From: Bdellovibrionales bacterium
Lineage (GTDB): Bacteria > Bdellovibrionota > UBA1018 > JADZFF01
NCBI GenBank assembly: GCA_020850015.1
Contig: JADZFF010000084.1
Location: 1-23,235, forward strand
Reading direction: 5' to 3'
DNA length: 23,235 nucleotides
Part shown: piece by piece, positions 12,999 to 23,235 of the stretch
Layout of the letters: the number at the start of each line of letters is the position of its first letter
Position numbering within the stretch: the first letter of the stretch is position 1
Program-made: the position numbers and the translations under genes
The notes under the pieces: model-generated
What the model saw: the letters and a program-made list of their open reading frames with translations, nothing else
Databases searched by the model: none
What the model was told of the DNA's origin: nothing

Positions 12999-14508
12999 TC
13001 GGCTCGCAGGCCCAGATCAGGATCTCCTTGGCCTTGAGGCCCCAGCGCAGGATCTCATTTCTCTGGGCCACGGCGCATCTCGCGTTCTTGAACCGGGGCT
13101 CGCCGGAGTACCGGTTGTCCGAGACGTAGAAGACGGAGCGCTCAAGCCGCGGCCAGGTTTGCGGGGTGTCGGCTGGCAAGTCGCCGTCCAGCCCGAAGAA
13201 CCGCGGCCATTCGTCCCAGTCGCGAATCGTCTTCGGAGAAAGCGTCGCTCGGTTGGGGTCGCCGCCTGCCCGCGCGATCGCCGCGGCCGCCTGCGAGGCC
13301 GTCTGGTAGCGGGATCCGATCACGGGCACCTCCGATTTCGCGAGCGGCTCGAGCGCCTGCCTCCAGCCGTAGAGGTCGTTCGTCACGTCCCACTTCGGGT
13401 CGGGCGCGTCCTTTCCCCGCGCGAGGATCGATGCCGCGGCCGTGAACACGGGCGCGTGGCATGCCAGGAGCATCAGCGCCACCAAGGGAAAACCCCAGGC
13501 CAGGTGCAGGCGCGCCAGGCTCCGCTCGCCCGTCGATGCAAGGCCCGAGGCCGCGCGGTAGCCGAGCTCCCAAGCCAGCGGAATCCACACCACCATCGGC
13601 CAGTGGGGCTTGAAGTCCGCGATCAGGGGCTGGAAAAAATAGACGAGCGCGGGCGGCGCCACCCAGATCGCCGTGAACCTCGCCACCTCGTTTCGACGGT
13701 CGATCCACAGCCTCCTCCCGAACCAGATCAGGTACAGCACGAGCGCCGGGCCGCCGAGCCCCAACTGACTTCCCCAGAAGCGCAGCCAGCGCAGGATGGA
13801 GAAACCGCCGGAATGGCGATCCTTCAATTGGTAAAGCAGCGACACCCACTCGTGTTCGAGATTCCAGGCCACCGTCGGCGCCGCGGCCACGAGCCCCCCC
13901 AGGAAGATCGCCGCGAGCGCGGGAACCCTCCGCTTGCGCGCAGGCCAGACGCAGACCGCGGCGGAAAGGGCCACGAGCACCCCGGAGTGCTTCGAGAGCG
14001 TGGCGATGAGCACGCCGGCGAAGAGCAGCGCCGCGCCGGGAAGGTTCTGGGCGGACACCCGCCAGGCACCCCAGAAGGCCAACGCCCAGCCCAGCAGGAG
14101 CGGAAGGTCCGGCACCATCATCCAGCCCGCGGCGCCGAAACCAGGAAGCGTGAGCAACATGGCACCGGCGGCCCAGGCGTAGTGCCGGTGCACGCCCAGG
14201 CTCAGAAGCCAGCGGGAGCCGATGAAGGCCAAGCCGCCCGCGCAAAGCGCGGCGGGGAGGCGGACCACGAAGGGGTGCGCGGAGCCGAACAGGGGGCGCA
14301 GGAGCCCCTCCGCGGCCGCGATCAGCCAGGCCACGAACGGAGGGTGGTAGGCGTAGCCCAGGGCGGGGCGCTGAGAGAGCACCCAGTAGTAGGCTTCGTC
14401 GTCGGAGAGCCCCAGCAGCGCGCCGTGCGCGGCGAAGAGAGCGAAGATCAGCGCGGCGATGCCCGCGCCCGCGGGAAGCCTGGGCTCAGTTGACTGAGCC
14501 ACCGTCAC
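12976..14508 (-). CDS. GT-C fold glycosyltransferase, family 39/83 (ArnT / PMT-like, polyprenyl-phosphate-sugar dependent)
   Basis: This is a polytopic 510-aa membrane protein. The first-loop motif LSDDEAYYWVLSQRPALGYAYHPPFVAWL carries the acidic DE typical of ArnT/PMT enzymes. There are ~10 or more hydrophobic helices and a soluble C-terminal domain. Confidence 0.75.
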   Translation of the reverse strand: MTVAQSTEPRLPAGAGIAALIFALFAAHGALLGLSDDEAYYWVLSQRPALGYAYHPPFVAWLIAAAEGLLRPLFGSAHPFVVRLPAALCAGGLAFIGSRWLLSLGVHRHYAWAAGAMLLTLPGFGAAGWMMVPDLPLLLGWALAFWGAWRVSAQNLPGAALLFAGVLIATLSKHSGVLVALSAAVCVWPARKRRVPALAAIFLGGLVAAAPTVAWNLEHEWVSLLYQLKDRHSGGFSILRWLRFWGSQLGLGGPALVLYLIWFGRRLWIDRRNEVARFTAIWVAPPALVYFFQPLIADFKPHWPMVVWIPLAWELGYRAASGLASTGERSLARLHLAWGFPLVALMLLACHAPVFTAAASILARGKDAPDPKWDVTNDLYGWRQALEPLAKSEVPVIGSRYQTASQAAAAIARAGGDPNRATLSPKTIRDWDEWPRFFGLDGDLPADTPQTWPRLERSVFYVSDNRYSGEPRFKNARCAVAQRNEILRWGLKAKEILIWACEPITPAKSL

Positions 14509-15520
14509 CGCCCTGCTCGCGGAACACGTAGGCGGGAACCTCGAACCGGATCACGGTGCTGATGCCTTCCTTGAACCGCTCCCAGTACCCGTGCGCGTGC
14601 CGTGCGTCCGCCGTGGGAAGCTCCAGGGTCAGCGTGGGAATCCCACGCTCCTGCCCGGCGTAGTTTCCGAGACTGCCGGGGAAAAACCCGCCATGCTGGG
14701 CTTTCACACGGGAGCGGAGCTCCAGGCACTTGTGCACGTACTCCTTGGGAAACTGCTTGAGGGCGATGGACATCGGGCCGTCGTAGTCCATGAAGTTCAG
14801 GGGCGAGTGCACACTCAACACTTTGTGGGGCTGCACCTCCTCGATGAGCCTCACCTGGAAGCGGGTCTCGGGCTCCGAGTTAGGCCCGGTGCCCGGATAG
14901 CGGCGCGGATTTCCGCCGAAGCGCTTGCGCCACTTCTGGAGCGCCTCGCGCGACCAGTCGGCCGTGCCGAAGTTGCGGTTCACGTCCACGCCGTTTGCGT
15001 TGGTGCGGGTGCGCCTCTCAGCGTAGAAGCCGTCCGGGTTCACGAGCGGAGCCACGATCACGCGAGCCTCCGTGAGGCTCTGCGGATGCTCTCCGAGCCA
15101 CTGCACGAGTTGGAGGGCCACGTAAAGAGGGGTGATCTCATCCGGGTGCACCATGGAGAAGATGAGCGTGGTGTTCTCCTCCGCCTGGGCGTTCCCGAAC
15201 TCCGCGTAAACCAGCGGGCGGCCCCGGACCGAGGTCCCGCCGAGCTTCCACCTGCGCCAGTCACAGGGGGGCAGGGTCCATCCCAGCCTGTTCACCTCGG
15301 CATCGAGGTCCGCGCACCAGCTCTTGAGCGCCGCTTCGTCGCTGGCGCGGCCGATTGCAGGAGCCGAACCCGTGGTCCCGGCCGTGGTCTCAGGCACCTC
15401 GTCCGTGGACGCGGCCTTCTTGCCGCCGAAAGCCCAGGCATCGCCCGCCGCGAGCGCGAACACACCCAGCCCGGCGGCCCCGGCGCAGAGTGCGGCTGCG
15501 ATGGTTCTCCCAAGGATCAT
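14486..15520 (-). CDS. Secreted M14-family zinc carboxypeptidase (murein peptide amidase/MpaA-like)
   Basis: The signal peptide is MILGRTIAAALCAGAAGLGVFALAAGDAWA. Zinc and catalytic motifs appear in M14 order: HPDE (HxxE), NPDGF, VDVNRNF, SEPET and a later His in LSVHSP. Confidence 0.8.
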   Translation of the reverse strand: MILGRTIAAALCAGAAGLGVFALAAGDAWAFGGKKAASTDEVPETTAGTTGSAPAIGRASDEAALKSWCADLDAEVNRLGWTLPPCDWRRWKLGGTSVRGRPLVYAEFGNAQAEENTTLIFSMVHPDEITPLYVALQLVQWLGEHPQSLTEARVIVAPLVNPDGFYAERRTRTNANGVDVNRNFGTADWSREALQKWRKRFGGNPRRYPGTGPNSEPETRFQVRLIEEVQPHKVLSVHSPLNFMDYDGPMSIALKQFPKEYVHKCLELRSRVKAQHGGFFPGSLGNYAGQERGIPTLTLELPTADARHAHGYWERFKEGISTVIRFEVPAYVFREQGGDGGSVN

Positions 15521-15538
15521 GGTTCCCGTCTCCGACGC

Positions 15539-16168
15539 CTAGGCCGTCTTTCCCGCGTTTCCGAGCTTCCGGCGCCCCAGATACCATTTTGCCACAAACA
15601 CGAGGATGATCGCCCCGATGAGGCCGAAGATCCCGAACTGCACCCTTTTGATCACCCGGATGATGGAATCCACCTCGGCCCCAAAATAAAAGACGGAATA
15701 AACGATGGCCGGAACGGAGAGCACGGCTGCCAGGCCGTCATAGGTGAAAAACACCCGGGGCGGCAGCTTCAGGGTGCCCGCCGAAAAATAAATGGCGGCG
15801 CGCATGCCCGGCATGAACCTGGCCATGAAGACGACCTTGTTCCCCCTCCGGTGCAGCTGACTCTGGACGTAATCCAGCCGCTCCGGGGAAAGCACCTTCC
15901 GGAACAACCACCTGTTCGCGAGCTTCCGGCCGTACTTGCGTCCCAACAGAAAAATGGCGCTGTCCCCGAACATCACGCCCGCGAAGCAGACAAAGATCGT
16001 CACCCAGACGTTGGCCTCGCCCATGTAGGCGATGTAGCCGGCGGCGAAGAGCGTGACGTCCTCCGGGATCGGGAGCCCGAATCCGCAGGCCAACAGAATG
16101 AGGAAGATCGACAGGTAGATGGCCAGGGGCCCGGAGAACTGAGTGAGCATGTCGACGAGCCAATCCAC
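15539..16168 (-). CDS. DedA family (SNARE-associated/VTT domain) inner-membrane protein
   Basis: The motifs FGLPIPEDVTLFAAGY, LGRKYGRKL and GNKVVFMARFMPGMRAAIYFSAG are the characteristic DedA motifs. Confidence 0.85.
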   Translation of the reverse strand: MDWLVDMLTQFSGPLAIYLSIFLILLACGFGLPIPEDVTLFAAGYIAYMGEANVWVTIFVCFAGVMFGDSAIFLLGRKYGRKLANRWLFRKVLSPERLDYVQSQLHRRGNKVVFMARFMPGMRAAIYFSAGTLKLPPRVFFTYDGLAAVLSVPAIVYSVFYFGAEVDSIIRVIKRVQFGIFGLIGAIILVFVAKWYLGRRKLGNAGKTA

Positions 16169-16174
16169 GTGCCG

Positions 16175-17095
16175 CTACTCCTCTTCCTTCCTGCTCAGGG
16201 GATGAGCCCCACGATACTGATCCAAAAGCTCCCCGAGGTCCACATGCGTATAACGCTGAGTGGTGGAAAGCCGCGAATGTCCTAGCATTTCCTGAATCGA
16301 CCTCAAATCTGCCCCAGACGAAAGCAGATGGGTAGCGAAACTGTGCCGCAGGCCATGAGGTGAGATTTTCCCGCCCAGCGCCGCCATGCCCTCGACGCTG
16401 GCCGCGAGCCGCACCAGATGCCGGGCCAGGATCCGAGCCACACTCCTAGAGGTCAGGCGCCCGCCCCGGGAGTTCGTGAACGCGGGTACCGCCCCGCGAT
16501 CCGCGAACGCGGCCTCCAAGGCCTCTCTCGCGGGCGGACCGAAGGGAACCTGGCGCACCTTGTTTCCCTTGCCCAGCACCCTCACCCAGCCCCCGGAGAG
16601 GTCGATATCGGTGCGGTCCAGGCCCACCGCCTCGCTCACCCGGAGGCCCGCGCCGTAAATCAGCTCGAAGAGCGCGCGGTCGCGCCGGCCCAGCGCCGTG
16701 GAGCTGTCGACGGTTCGCAACAGCTCCACGACCTCTTCAATCCGCAGATAACGGGGAAGCGGCCGTTGAACGCGGGGCGTGGGAACAAGCTTGCCGATCT
16801 CGCGCTCCATCGCGCCCTTGCGCTTGAGGTGCCGGAGAAATCCCCGAATGGCGGCCAGCCTTCGGCCGAGGGAGCTCCGATTGAGCCGGCCGTCGAGCCC
16901 CGCCAGGTAACGCCGCAAGAGCGCGGGCGTGAGCTCACGCTCCAGATCCTGGGCCAGTCGGATCCCCTCCGTCCGCTCCAGACTCGCTAGCCAGTCCTCG
17001 AGGTCGCTGCGGTAGGCGCGAAGGGTGTGCTCGCTCCAGGTCCGCCCAAAGCGCCCCTCCTCCAGATAGCCTTCCATGGCCTCGCTCAACCTCAT
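16175..17095 (-). CDS. xerC: Site-specific tyrosine recombinase, XerC-like
   Basis: The catalytic region reads LIYGAGLRVSEAVGLDRTDIDL...VLGKGNKVRQVPF...HGLRHSFATHLLSSGADLRSIQEMLGHSRLSTTQRYTHV (R..H-x-x-R..Y). YGAGLR and LRHSFATH resemble XerC more than XerD, but that distinction is not certain. Confidence 0.8.
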   Translation of the reverse strand: MRLSEAMEGYLEEGRFGRTWSEHTLRAYRSDLEDWLASLERTEGIRLAQDLERELTPALLRRYLAGLDGRLNRSSLGRRLAAIRGFLRHLKRKGAMEREIGKLVPTPRVQRPLPRYLRIEEVVELLRTVDSSTALGRRDRALFELIYGAGLRVSEAVGLDRTDIDLSGGWVRVLGKGNKVRQVPFGPPAREALEAAFADRGAVPAFTNSRGGRLTSRSVARILARHLVRLAASVEGMAALGGKISPHGLRHSFATHLLSSGADLRSIQEMLGHSRLSTTQRYTHVDLGELLDQYRGAHPLSRKEEE

Positions 17096-17140
17096 GGTTG
17101 ACCAGTGTAATCATCCAAGAAGGTGTGGTAAAGCCGCCGG

Positions 17141-18444
<1,304 letters not shown>

Positions 18445-18463
<19 letters not shown>

Positions 18464-19548
18464 GCGAGGAAGGGCCCGACTGGAAAACGGAAGAGAAAGC
18501 GGGAGAAACGCCGTCTGAGTCTCTCTCTCCGTCTGAGTCATCGTCGCCGGCCCAGTCCGCGGTCACGGTCTCGGATTCCGCCCCTGAGACGGCGACAGGA
18601 ACTCAGACCGCGACCGACCCCGAGTCCCTAGTTCCCGGCCCCTGGTCCCAGAAGCTCTGGGGCCCTTTGCTCGTGGCGGCGGCCGCCTCGCTTTGGGCCA
18701 CCGACGCGCTCTTCCGGTTCCCCGCGCTCCAGAGCCTGAGCCCGGTGACGCTCGTCCTGGCCGAGCATACGATCGCCCTCCTGGCGCTCCTGCCCTGGGT
18801 GTTCTGGCGCCGGCATACGGTGCTCGATCTGAATTGGAAGGAGTGGATCGCGGCCATCGTCACTGGGGCCGGCGGATCGGCGCTCGCCACGGTGATGTTC
18901 ACGGCGAGCTTCAAGTACGTGAACCCTTCCGTCGCCATCCTCCTGCAAAAGCTTCAGCCCGTGCTCACCGTGCTCCTGGCATTCCTGATCCTGGGCGACC
19001 GCCCGCGGCTCGCGTTCTTCGCCTGGGCCCCGCTCGCTCTGCTCGCGGGACTCGTGATCAGCTTTCCCGAGCTCGATTTCCGCTTCCTGGTCACCGACCT
19101 CGAGTTCAACCCCCATTCGCGCGGGGTGATCTACGCGCTCGGCGCGGCCGGCATCTGGGCGGCTTCCACCGTCGCGGGCAAGGTGCTGCTGAAGCGCATC
19201 CCTTCCATGCGCGGCACCTTCTGGCGCTTCTGGTTCGGCTGGGTGGCGCTCCTGGGGCTTCAGCTCTTCGGCGAGATCGAGACCTCCTGGAAGTCCTTCA
19301 CTGACTTCGCGCTCCTCCAGACGGTGGGCTACATGGCGCTCGGGCCCGGCCTGGGCGCGGTGGTGTTCTACTACCTCGGCCTGAAACGCACGCACGCCAG
19401 CACGGCCACATTCGTCGAGCTGGTATTCCCCGTGGCCGCGGTGGTGCTCAACACGTTTTTCCTCGATCTGCCGCTGTTGCCCGTGCAGGTGCTCGCGGGC
19501 GCGCTCCTGCTGCTTTCCGTAACCCAGATCTCCGTGAAGGGGCACTAA
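18445..19548 (+). CDS. EamA/DMT-superfamily transporter with a ~65-aa Ser/Glu/Pro/Thr-rich N-terminal extension
   Basis: About ten hydrophobic helices form two EamA-like halves (WATDALFRF...ASFKYVNPSVAILLQKLQPVLTVLLAFLILGDRP; ...YYLGLKRTHASTATFVELVFPVAAVVLNTFFL). The start is ambiguous, with GTG codons at 18445, 18448 and 18460. The last forms a GTGA overlap with the trmFO stop. Confidence 0.75.
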
Positions 19549-19668
19549 GCCGCGCTCAGGGCTCGAAGTCGCGCTGGCGGACACGCAGTGTTGCCAGCCG
19601 TTCAAGAGCCATACGGCTCTCGATCGCCTTGAACGCCGCCCAGCTCTCGATGGGCGTCGGGATCTGAG

Positions 19669-21498
19669 TCAGCCCGCCCTGAGGTGGTAGCGCACGCTCG
19701 TGATCACCTTGCCGCGCCTGAAGAGCAGTGCCGCGCGGATCATGAAGGCCGTCTGGTTGTGGAGGAAGTTGTGCCACCAGACCCTCGTCACGAACTCCGG
19801 GATGATGACGGTGATCGCCTCGCGGGTGGCGGTCTGCTCCAGGTCGTCGAGATACTCGATCAAGGGGCCGATCACCGAGCGGTAAGGAGACTTCAGGATC
19901 ACCAGCGGGATGTCGTGCCCCCAGCGCATCCACTCCTTCTGCATGCGGTCGGCGGCGGCCGCGTCGATCTCCACGTAGACGGCGCGCACGTCGTCAGTGA
20001 TGGAGAGCGCATACCGGAGGGCGTCGATCACCCCGCGATGCACGCCCGAAACCGGCACCACGGCGGTGTGGCGCATGGGCGCGAGGTGCGGAGGCGCGTC
20101 CACGTGCGAGAGCGTAAGCTCTTCGCCCACGCACAGGTAATGTAGATGAATCTTCCGAAAGAGCGCAACAATCAGAGGCACCACGAGCGCGACGATCCAC
20201 GCGCCATCCTGGAACTTGGTCACGCCCACCACCAGGAACACCACGCCCGTGGTGACCGCGCCGAGGAGGTTCAGCGCGAGCCCCGTTCGCCAGCCCGGTT
20301 GCCGCTCCCTGCGGTGGTGAACGACCATGCCGGCCTGCGAGAGAGTGAAGCCCAGAAAAACGCCCACCGCGTAGAGCGGAATCAAGGAGTGGGCGTCGCC
20401 GCCGAAAAGCGCCAGCAGAATGAACGAAGCGCCGCTCAGCCAGAGAATGCTGTTCGAGAACACCAGGCGGTCGCCCTGCACGGCGAGCTGGCGCGGCAGG
20501 TAGCGGTCGCGCGCGAGAACCGCCGCGAGCCAAGGAAGGCCGTTGTAGCTTGTGTTTGCGGCGAGAATCAGGATCAGCGCGGTGGCCACCTGAATGAGGT
20601 AGTACCAGGGGCCGGTTCCGAACACGGACCGCGCGAGCTGCGAGATCGAGGTCTCCGCGGCCTGGGGCGTGATCCCATACGCGTGCGAAACTGCGGTGAT
20701 ACCAAGGAACATCACGCCCAGAATGAGCGTCATCCAAACGAGAGTGGTGCGGGCATTCTGCGCTGAGGGGTGCTTGAAGGCGGGAACGCCGTTGGAGATC
20801 GCCTCGATCCCGGTCAGCGCCGCGCATCCCGAGGAGAAAGCACGGAGAATCAGGAACAGGGGCACCGCCTCCGAAACGGGTTCAAGGATGGGCGCCGCAT
20901 GCGGCACGTCGCCCGAGGCGATCCGCCAGGCGCCGAATCCGATCAGCGCGAGAAGAGAAAAAATGAAGACATAGGTCGGATACGCGAAAAAAGTGGCGCT
21001 TTCCCTCACGCCCCGCAGGTTGAGCCAGGTCAGGATCGCGATGAAAGCCCCGCCCAGGAGCACACGGTGCTCGGCGATTTCGGGAAAGGCCGATGTTACC
21101 GCGCCCACGCCGGCGGCTACGCTCACCGCCACTGTCAGCAGGTACCCGAACAGCAGGGCGGCACCCGCCGTGAGCCCGGCGAGCGGGCCGAGATTTTCGT
21201 TCGCCACCACATAAGCGCCGCCGCCGTTGGGGTAGGCCTGGATGGTCTGACGGTAAGAGAGGGTGACGATCACCATGAGCGACACGATGGCGAAGGCCAC
21301 CGGTACCGACCAGGTCAGGGCGAGCGCCCCGAAGGCCGCGAGGGGAATCAGGATCTCTTCCGTGGCGTAAGCCGTGGAGCTCAGGGCGTCGGAGGAGAGG
21401 ACGGCGAGCGCTTTCCACTTCGGAATCTTCTCCTCGCTCGCCTGCGCGTTTGCGAGAGGCCGACCCAGGAGAAGACGTTTAATCCCCGTGATGCCCAT
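19669..21498 (-). CDS. APC-superfamily amino acid/polyamine permease with a cytoplasmic C-terminal domain
   Basis: The N-terminus KWKALAVLSSDALSSTAYATEEIL is typical of this APC subgroup. About 12 TM helices follow, then a ~150-aa soluble C-terminal domain. Confidence 0.8.
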   Translation of the reverse strand: MGITGIKRLLLGRPLANAQASEEKIPKWKALAVLSSDALSSTAYATEEILIPLAAFGALALTWSVPVAFAIVSLMVIVTLSYRQTIQAYPNGGGAYVVANENLGPLAGLTAGAALLFGYLLTVAVSVAAGVGAVTSAFPEIAEHRVLLGGAFIAILTWLNLRGVRESATFFAYPTYVFIFSLLALIGFGAWRIASGDVPHAAPILEPVSEAVPLFLILRAFSSGCAALTGIEAISNGVPAFKHPSAQNARTTLVWMTLILGVMFLGITAVSHAYGITPQAAETSISQLARSVFGTGPWYYLIQVATALILILAANTSYNGLPWLAAVLARDRYLPRQLAVQGDRLVFSNSILWLSGASFILLALFGGDAHSLIPLYAVGVFLGFTLSQAGMVVHHRRERQPGWRTGLALNLLGAVTTGVVFLVVGVTKFQDGAWIVALVVPLIVALFRKIHLHYLCVGEELTLSHVDAPPHLAPMRHTAVVPVSGVHRGVIDALRYALSITDDVRAVYVEIDAAAADRMQKEWMRWGHDIPLVILKSPYRSVIGPLIEYLDDLEQTATREAITVIIPEFVTRVWWHNFLHNQTAFMIRAALLFRRGKVITSVRYHLRAG

Positions 21499-22213
21499 GG
21501 ATCTCGTCTTCGAGCTCGGCCAGGTACCGCTTCATCCGCTCGATCCGGGACTTCGCCAAACGGAAGCCGGTGAGCGTCTGCATGCGCTCGCCGAGGGCGA
21601 AGAGCTTGGTGAAAAAATGATCAACGGAATAGGTCTTGTCGTCCGGCGCGCGCTCCGTGCGGAGAAAGGGGTCGTCGGCGTGGTAGAGGCGCGCGCCGAA
21701 GCCGCCGCCGGTCGCAAAACAACGCGCGATCCCGATCGCGCCGAGCGCGTCGAGCCGGTCGGCGTCCTGGAATACGCGGCCCTCGAGGGTCCCAGGGGCC
21801 TGGCCCCGCGAGAAGCTGTGACAGAGGATCGCGTCGCAGACCCTCTCGACTTGGGAGGGCGTGAACCCTTCGGCGACGAGGAGCCGGCGAGCCGCTTCGG
21901 CCGAACGCTCGGAGCTGAGCCGCGCTTCCGGGTGGTTCTTGGGGAGGTTCGCGATGTCGTGCAGGAGAGCTGCAGCGGCCAGCAGCTCGGGTTCCCCGCC
22001 CTCGGACTCGGCGATCACGAGCGCGTTGGCCAGCACTCGCAGGGAGTGTGAGAGGTCATGCGCGCCGTCGGAGTCGGTGGCCGCGGCCTTCGCCGCAAGG
22101 TGCAGCCGCAGAATCCGGGGAAGCTCCATCAAGCGCTGAATGGGAGTGAGCTCGGTTGCCTCCCCTGATGCGGCCGGACGGCCGTGAGTGGGCAGTTCTG
22201 AGAAGAGATTCAT
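21479..22213 (-). CDS. HD-domain phosphohydrolase, YedJ-like
   Basis: The motifs AHDLSHSLRVL, LLHDIANLPKNHP, ILCHSFS, QDADRLDALGAIGIARCF and YSVDHFFTKL are collinear with E. coli YedJ as recalled. I prefer the start at Met53 of the longest ORF, giving a 244-aa protein. The TTG at 22369 would add an uncharacteristic 52-aa extension. The stop overlaps the permease start by 20 nt. Confidence 0.8.
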   Translation of the reverse strand: MNLFSELPTHGRPAASGEATELTPIQRLMELPRILRLHLAAKAAATDSDGAHDLSHSLRVLANALVIAESEGGEPELLAAAALLHDIANLPKNHPEARLSSERSAEAARRLLVAEGFTPSQVERVCDAILCHSFSRGQAPGTLEGRVFQDADRLDALGAIGIARCFATGGGFGARLYHADDPFLRTERAPDDKTYSVDHFFTKLFALGERMQTLTGFRLAKSRIERMKRYLAELEDEIHGHHGD

Positions 22214-22431
22214 AGGGTTGAAAGGGAATCTGCCACAAAGGCGCCCCAAAGGCGACAGAGGGCCCACGGAGCGGGTCGGGGGCGACTCATGAGGGGATTC
22301 GACAGTGTCCAAGGCCTGGTCATCGATGAAGCTGAAATTATTGAGTTTTATTGGGCGCAGGCGTTGCAATCCCAGGGGTGAACGGTTCGTTGTCTCTTGG
22401 TCTTGGGATCTTGGGGAATCGGGGGATGCCC

Positions 22432-23235
22432 ATGAATGCCGTCGGATCGTCGCGCGCCTGTCGCTGGCTTGGAACGCTATTGGGGTTCGTCCTGGTCGTC
22501 CTGCACGGAGACGCGCTGGCCTCCGCGAGAGGGAGCAGCCTGGAGGCCTACGAGCAGGAGCTCGGCGCGGCCCAGGAGCTTTACACCGACGCCTGCGGAA
22601 ACATCAGTGCCACGCTCTACGCGGACGGGCCGAGCTCGACGGTGGCCGTGGCCGAGTCCTTGAACCGCCGGCTGGCGTCGCAGTCCACGCGGATCGACCG
22701 CGAGCTGGGGACCTACCTCCGCTTCCTGGAGAATCCGGAGGCCGAGCTCCCGTCTTATTATAATCGCAGGATCGGCACCGCGCAGGCCGAGCTGGTGCAG
22801 GAGCAGGACGAGCTCGACGGTCTCTACCACCGCCTTCACCGGACCTCCGAAGCCCGCCTCGCCGCCAAACGCGCGCGCGTGGGCGAGATCCGCTCCGGAC
22901 TCCAGCGCCTCACTCACGATGCCCGCGATCCAGAGGCCTTTCACTCATTCAAAGCCGAGCAGATCCGGCTGGCCCAGGAGCGAGTGGCGGGCCTGAATCG
23001 GCTTGGCGTCCGCGTGAACGCGCTTCAGCGGCGCACGCAGTCCTGCCTTGCCACCGCCACCGGAAACGCCCGTTTCGCCGAGCACCCGCGTGGGCACTAC
23101 AACCGGGCCATCCGCGATACGCAGGAATATCAGGACTACGATCCCTTCCAGGACAGCGCGGCGGGGCCGGTGGACACCGCCGAGGAAGTCGTGCCTGCCG
23201 CACGGCCAGCCAATGGTGGCTCGGGCGCGCTGTAA
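22432..23235 (+). CDS. Hypothetical secreted, probably coiled-coil-rich protein
   Basis: MNAVGSSRACRWLGTLLGFVLVVLHGDALA is a signal-peptide-like N-terminus, with GGGGG 6 nt upstream of this ATG. The rest is helical and charged (EAYEQELGAAQELY, AQAELVQEQDELDGLYHRL). The stop codon TAA falls exactly at the window end. No family was recognised. Confidence 0.5.
   Translation: MNAVGSSRACRWLGTLLGFVLVVLHGDALASARGSSLEAYEQELGAAQELYTDACGNISATLYADGPSSTVAVAESLNRRLASQSTRIDRELGTYLRFLENPEAELPSYYNRRIGTAQAELVQEQDELDGLYHRLHRTSEARLAAKRARVGEIRSGLQRLTHDARDPEAFHSFKAEQIRLAQERVAGLNRLGVRVNALQRRTQSCLATATGNARFAEHPRGHYNRAIRDTQEYQDYDPFQDSAAGPVDTAEEVVPAARPANGGSGAL

Noticed and set aside
13142-14493. 367-aa (-) and 444-aa (+) ORFs overlapping the GT-C glycosyltransferase gene
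   Set aside because: Both are alternative-frame or antisense shadows. Only the 12976..14508 frame yields TM helices and the DE-containing first-loop motif.
14591-16285. 564-aa + strand ORF, the second-longest in the track
   Set aside because: It is antisense to the M14 peptidase and DedA genes, which carry clear family motifs. Its translation is Arg/Gly/Pro/His-rich (GRGLRHLVRGRGLLAAESPGIARRERE...), which is typical of shadow frames in high-GC DNA.
16175-17095. Tyrosine recombinase as a marker of an integrated mobile element
   Set aside because: The sequence looks like the chromosomal dimer-resolution enzyme XerC. It heads a housekeeping envelope operon and sits next to trmFO, a classical neighbourhood. 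I saw no flanking direct repeats, tRNA target or phage or IS genes.
19994-21573. ORFs 19994..20827 (-), 20146..20766 (+), 20770..21573 (+) and 20882..21418 (-) within the APC permease gene
   Set aside because: These are shadow frames. Only 19669..21498 gives 12 TM helices and the APC N-terminal signature.
22214-22369. 52-aa N-terminal extension of the HD-domain ORF from a TTG start
   Set aside because: The extension has no counterpart in YedJ-like proteins. The internal ATG at 22213 gives the expected length, and the extension would consume most of the divergent promoter region.

Overview
High-GC chromosomal segment from a diderm (Gram-negative-type) bacterium; the LpxH homologue, lipoproteins and an outer-membrane barrel support that envelope type. 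I call 23 protein-coding genes. I found no rRNA, tRNA, CRISPR array, IS element or prophage by eye. Most of the window is housekeeping or envelope functions: flaG-like, lpxH-like, secreted EEP phosphoesterase, RDD protein, ArnT-like GT-C glycosyltransferase, M14 peptidase, DedA, XerC, TrmFO, EamA transporter, APC permease and a YedJ-like HD hydrolase. The exception is a tightly coupled six-gene minus-strand operon at 10882->4375. It encodes an outer-membrane beta-barrel protein, a TPR lipoprotein, and an ~800-aa inner-membrane protein. That protein has two periplasmic FliF/SctJ-like ring-building repeats fused through one TM helix to a complete FliG-like cytoplasmic module. The operon continues with a stand-alone cyclic-nucleotide-binding protein, MotA and MotB. 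No rod, hook, export-apparatus or FliM/FliN genes are nearby. I read this as a candidate non-flagellar, envelope-spanning, stator-driven (possibly rotary) machine under cNMP control, and I do not recognise it as a described system. Secondary observations are a divergently transcribed lipoprotein plus Zn-ribbon/TM/SH3 pair, a ~345-nt structured non-coding gap after a strong terminator, an orphan FlaG-like gene, and convergent gene pairs that share or abut stop codons. All domain calls come from motif recognition in the supplied translations. No database search was possible, and coordinates rely on ORF-track arithmetic.
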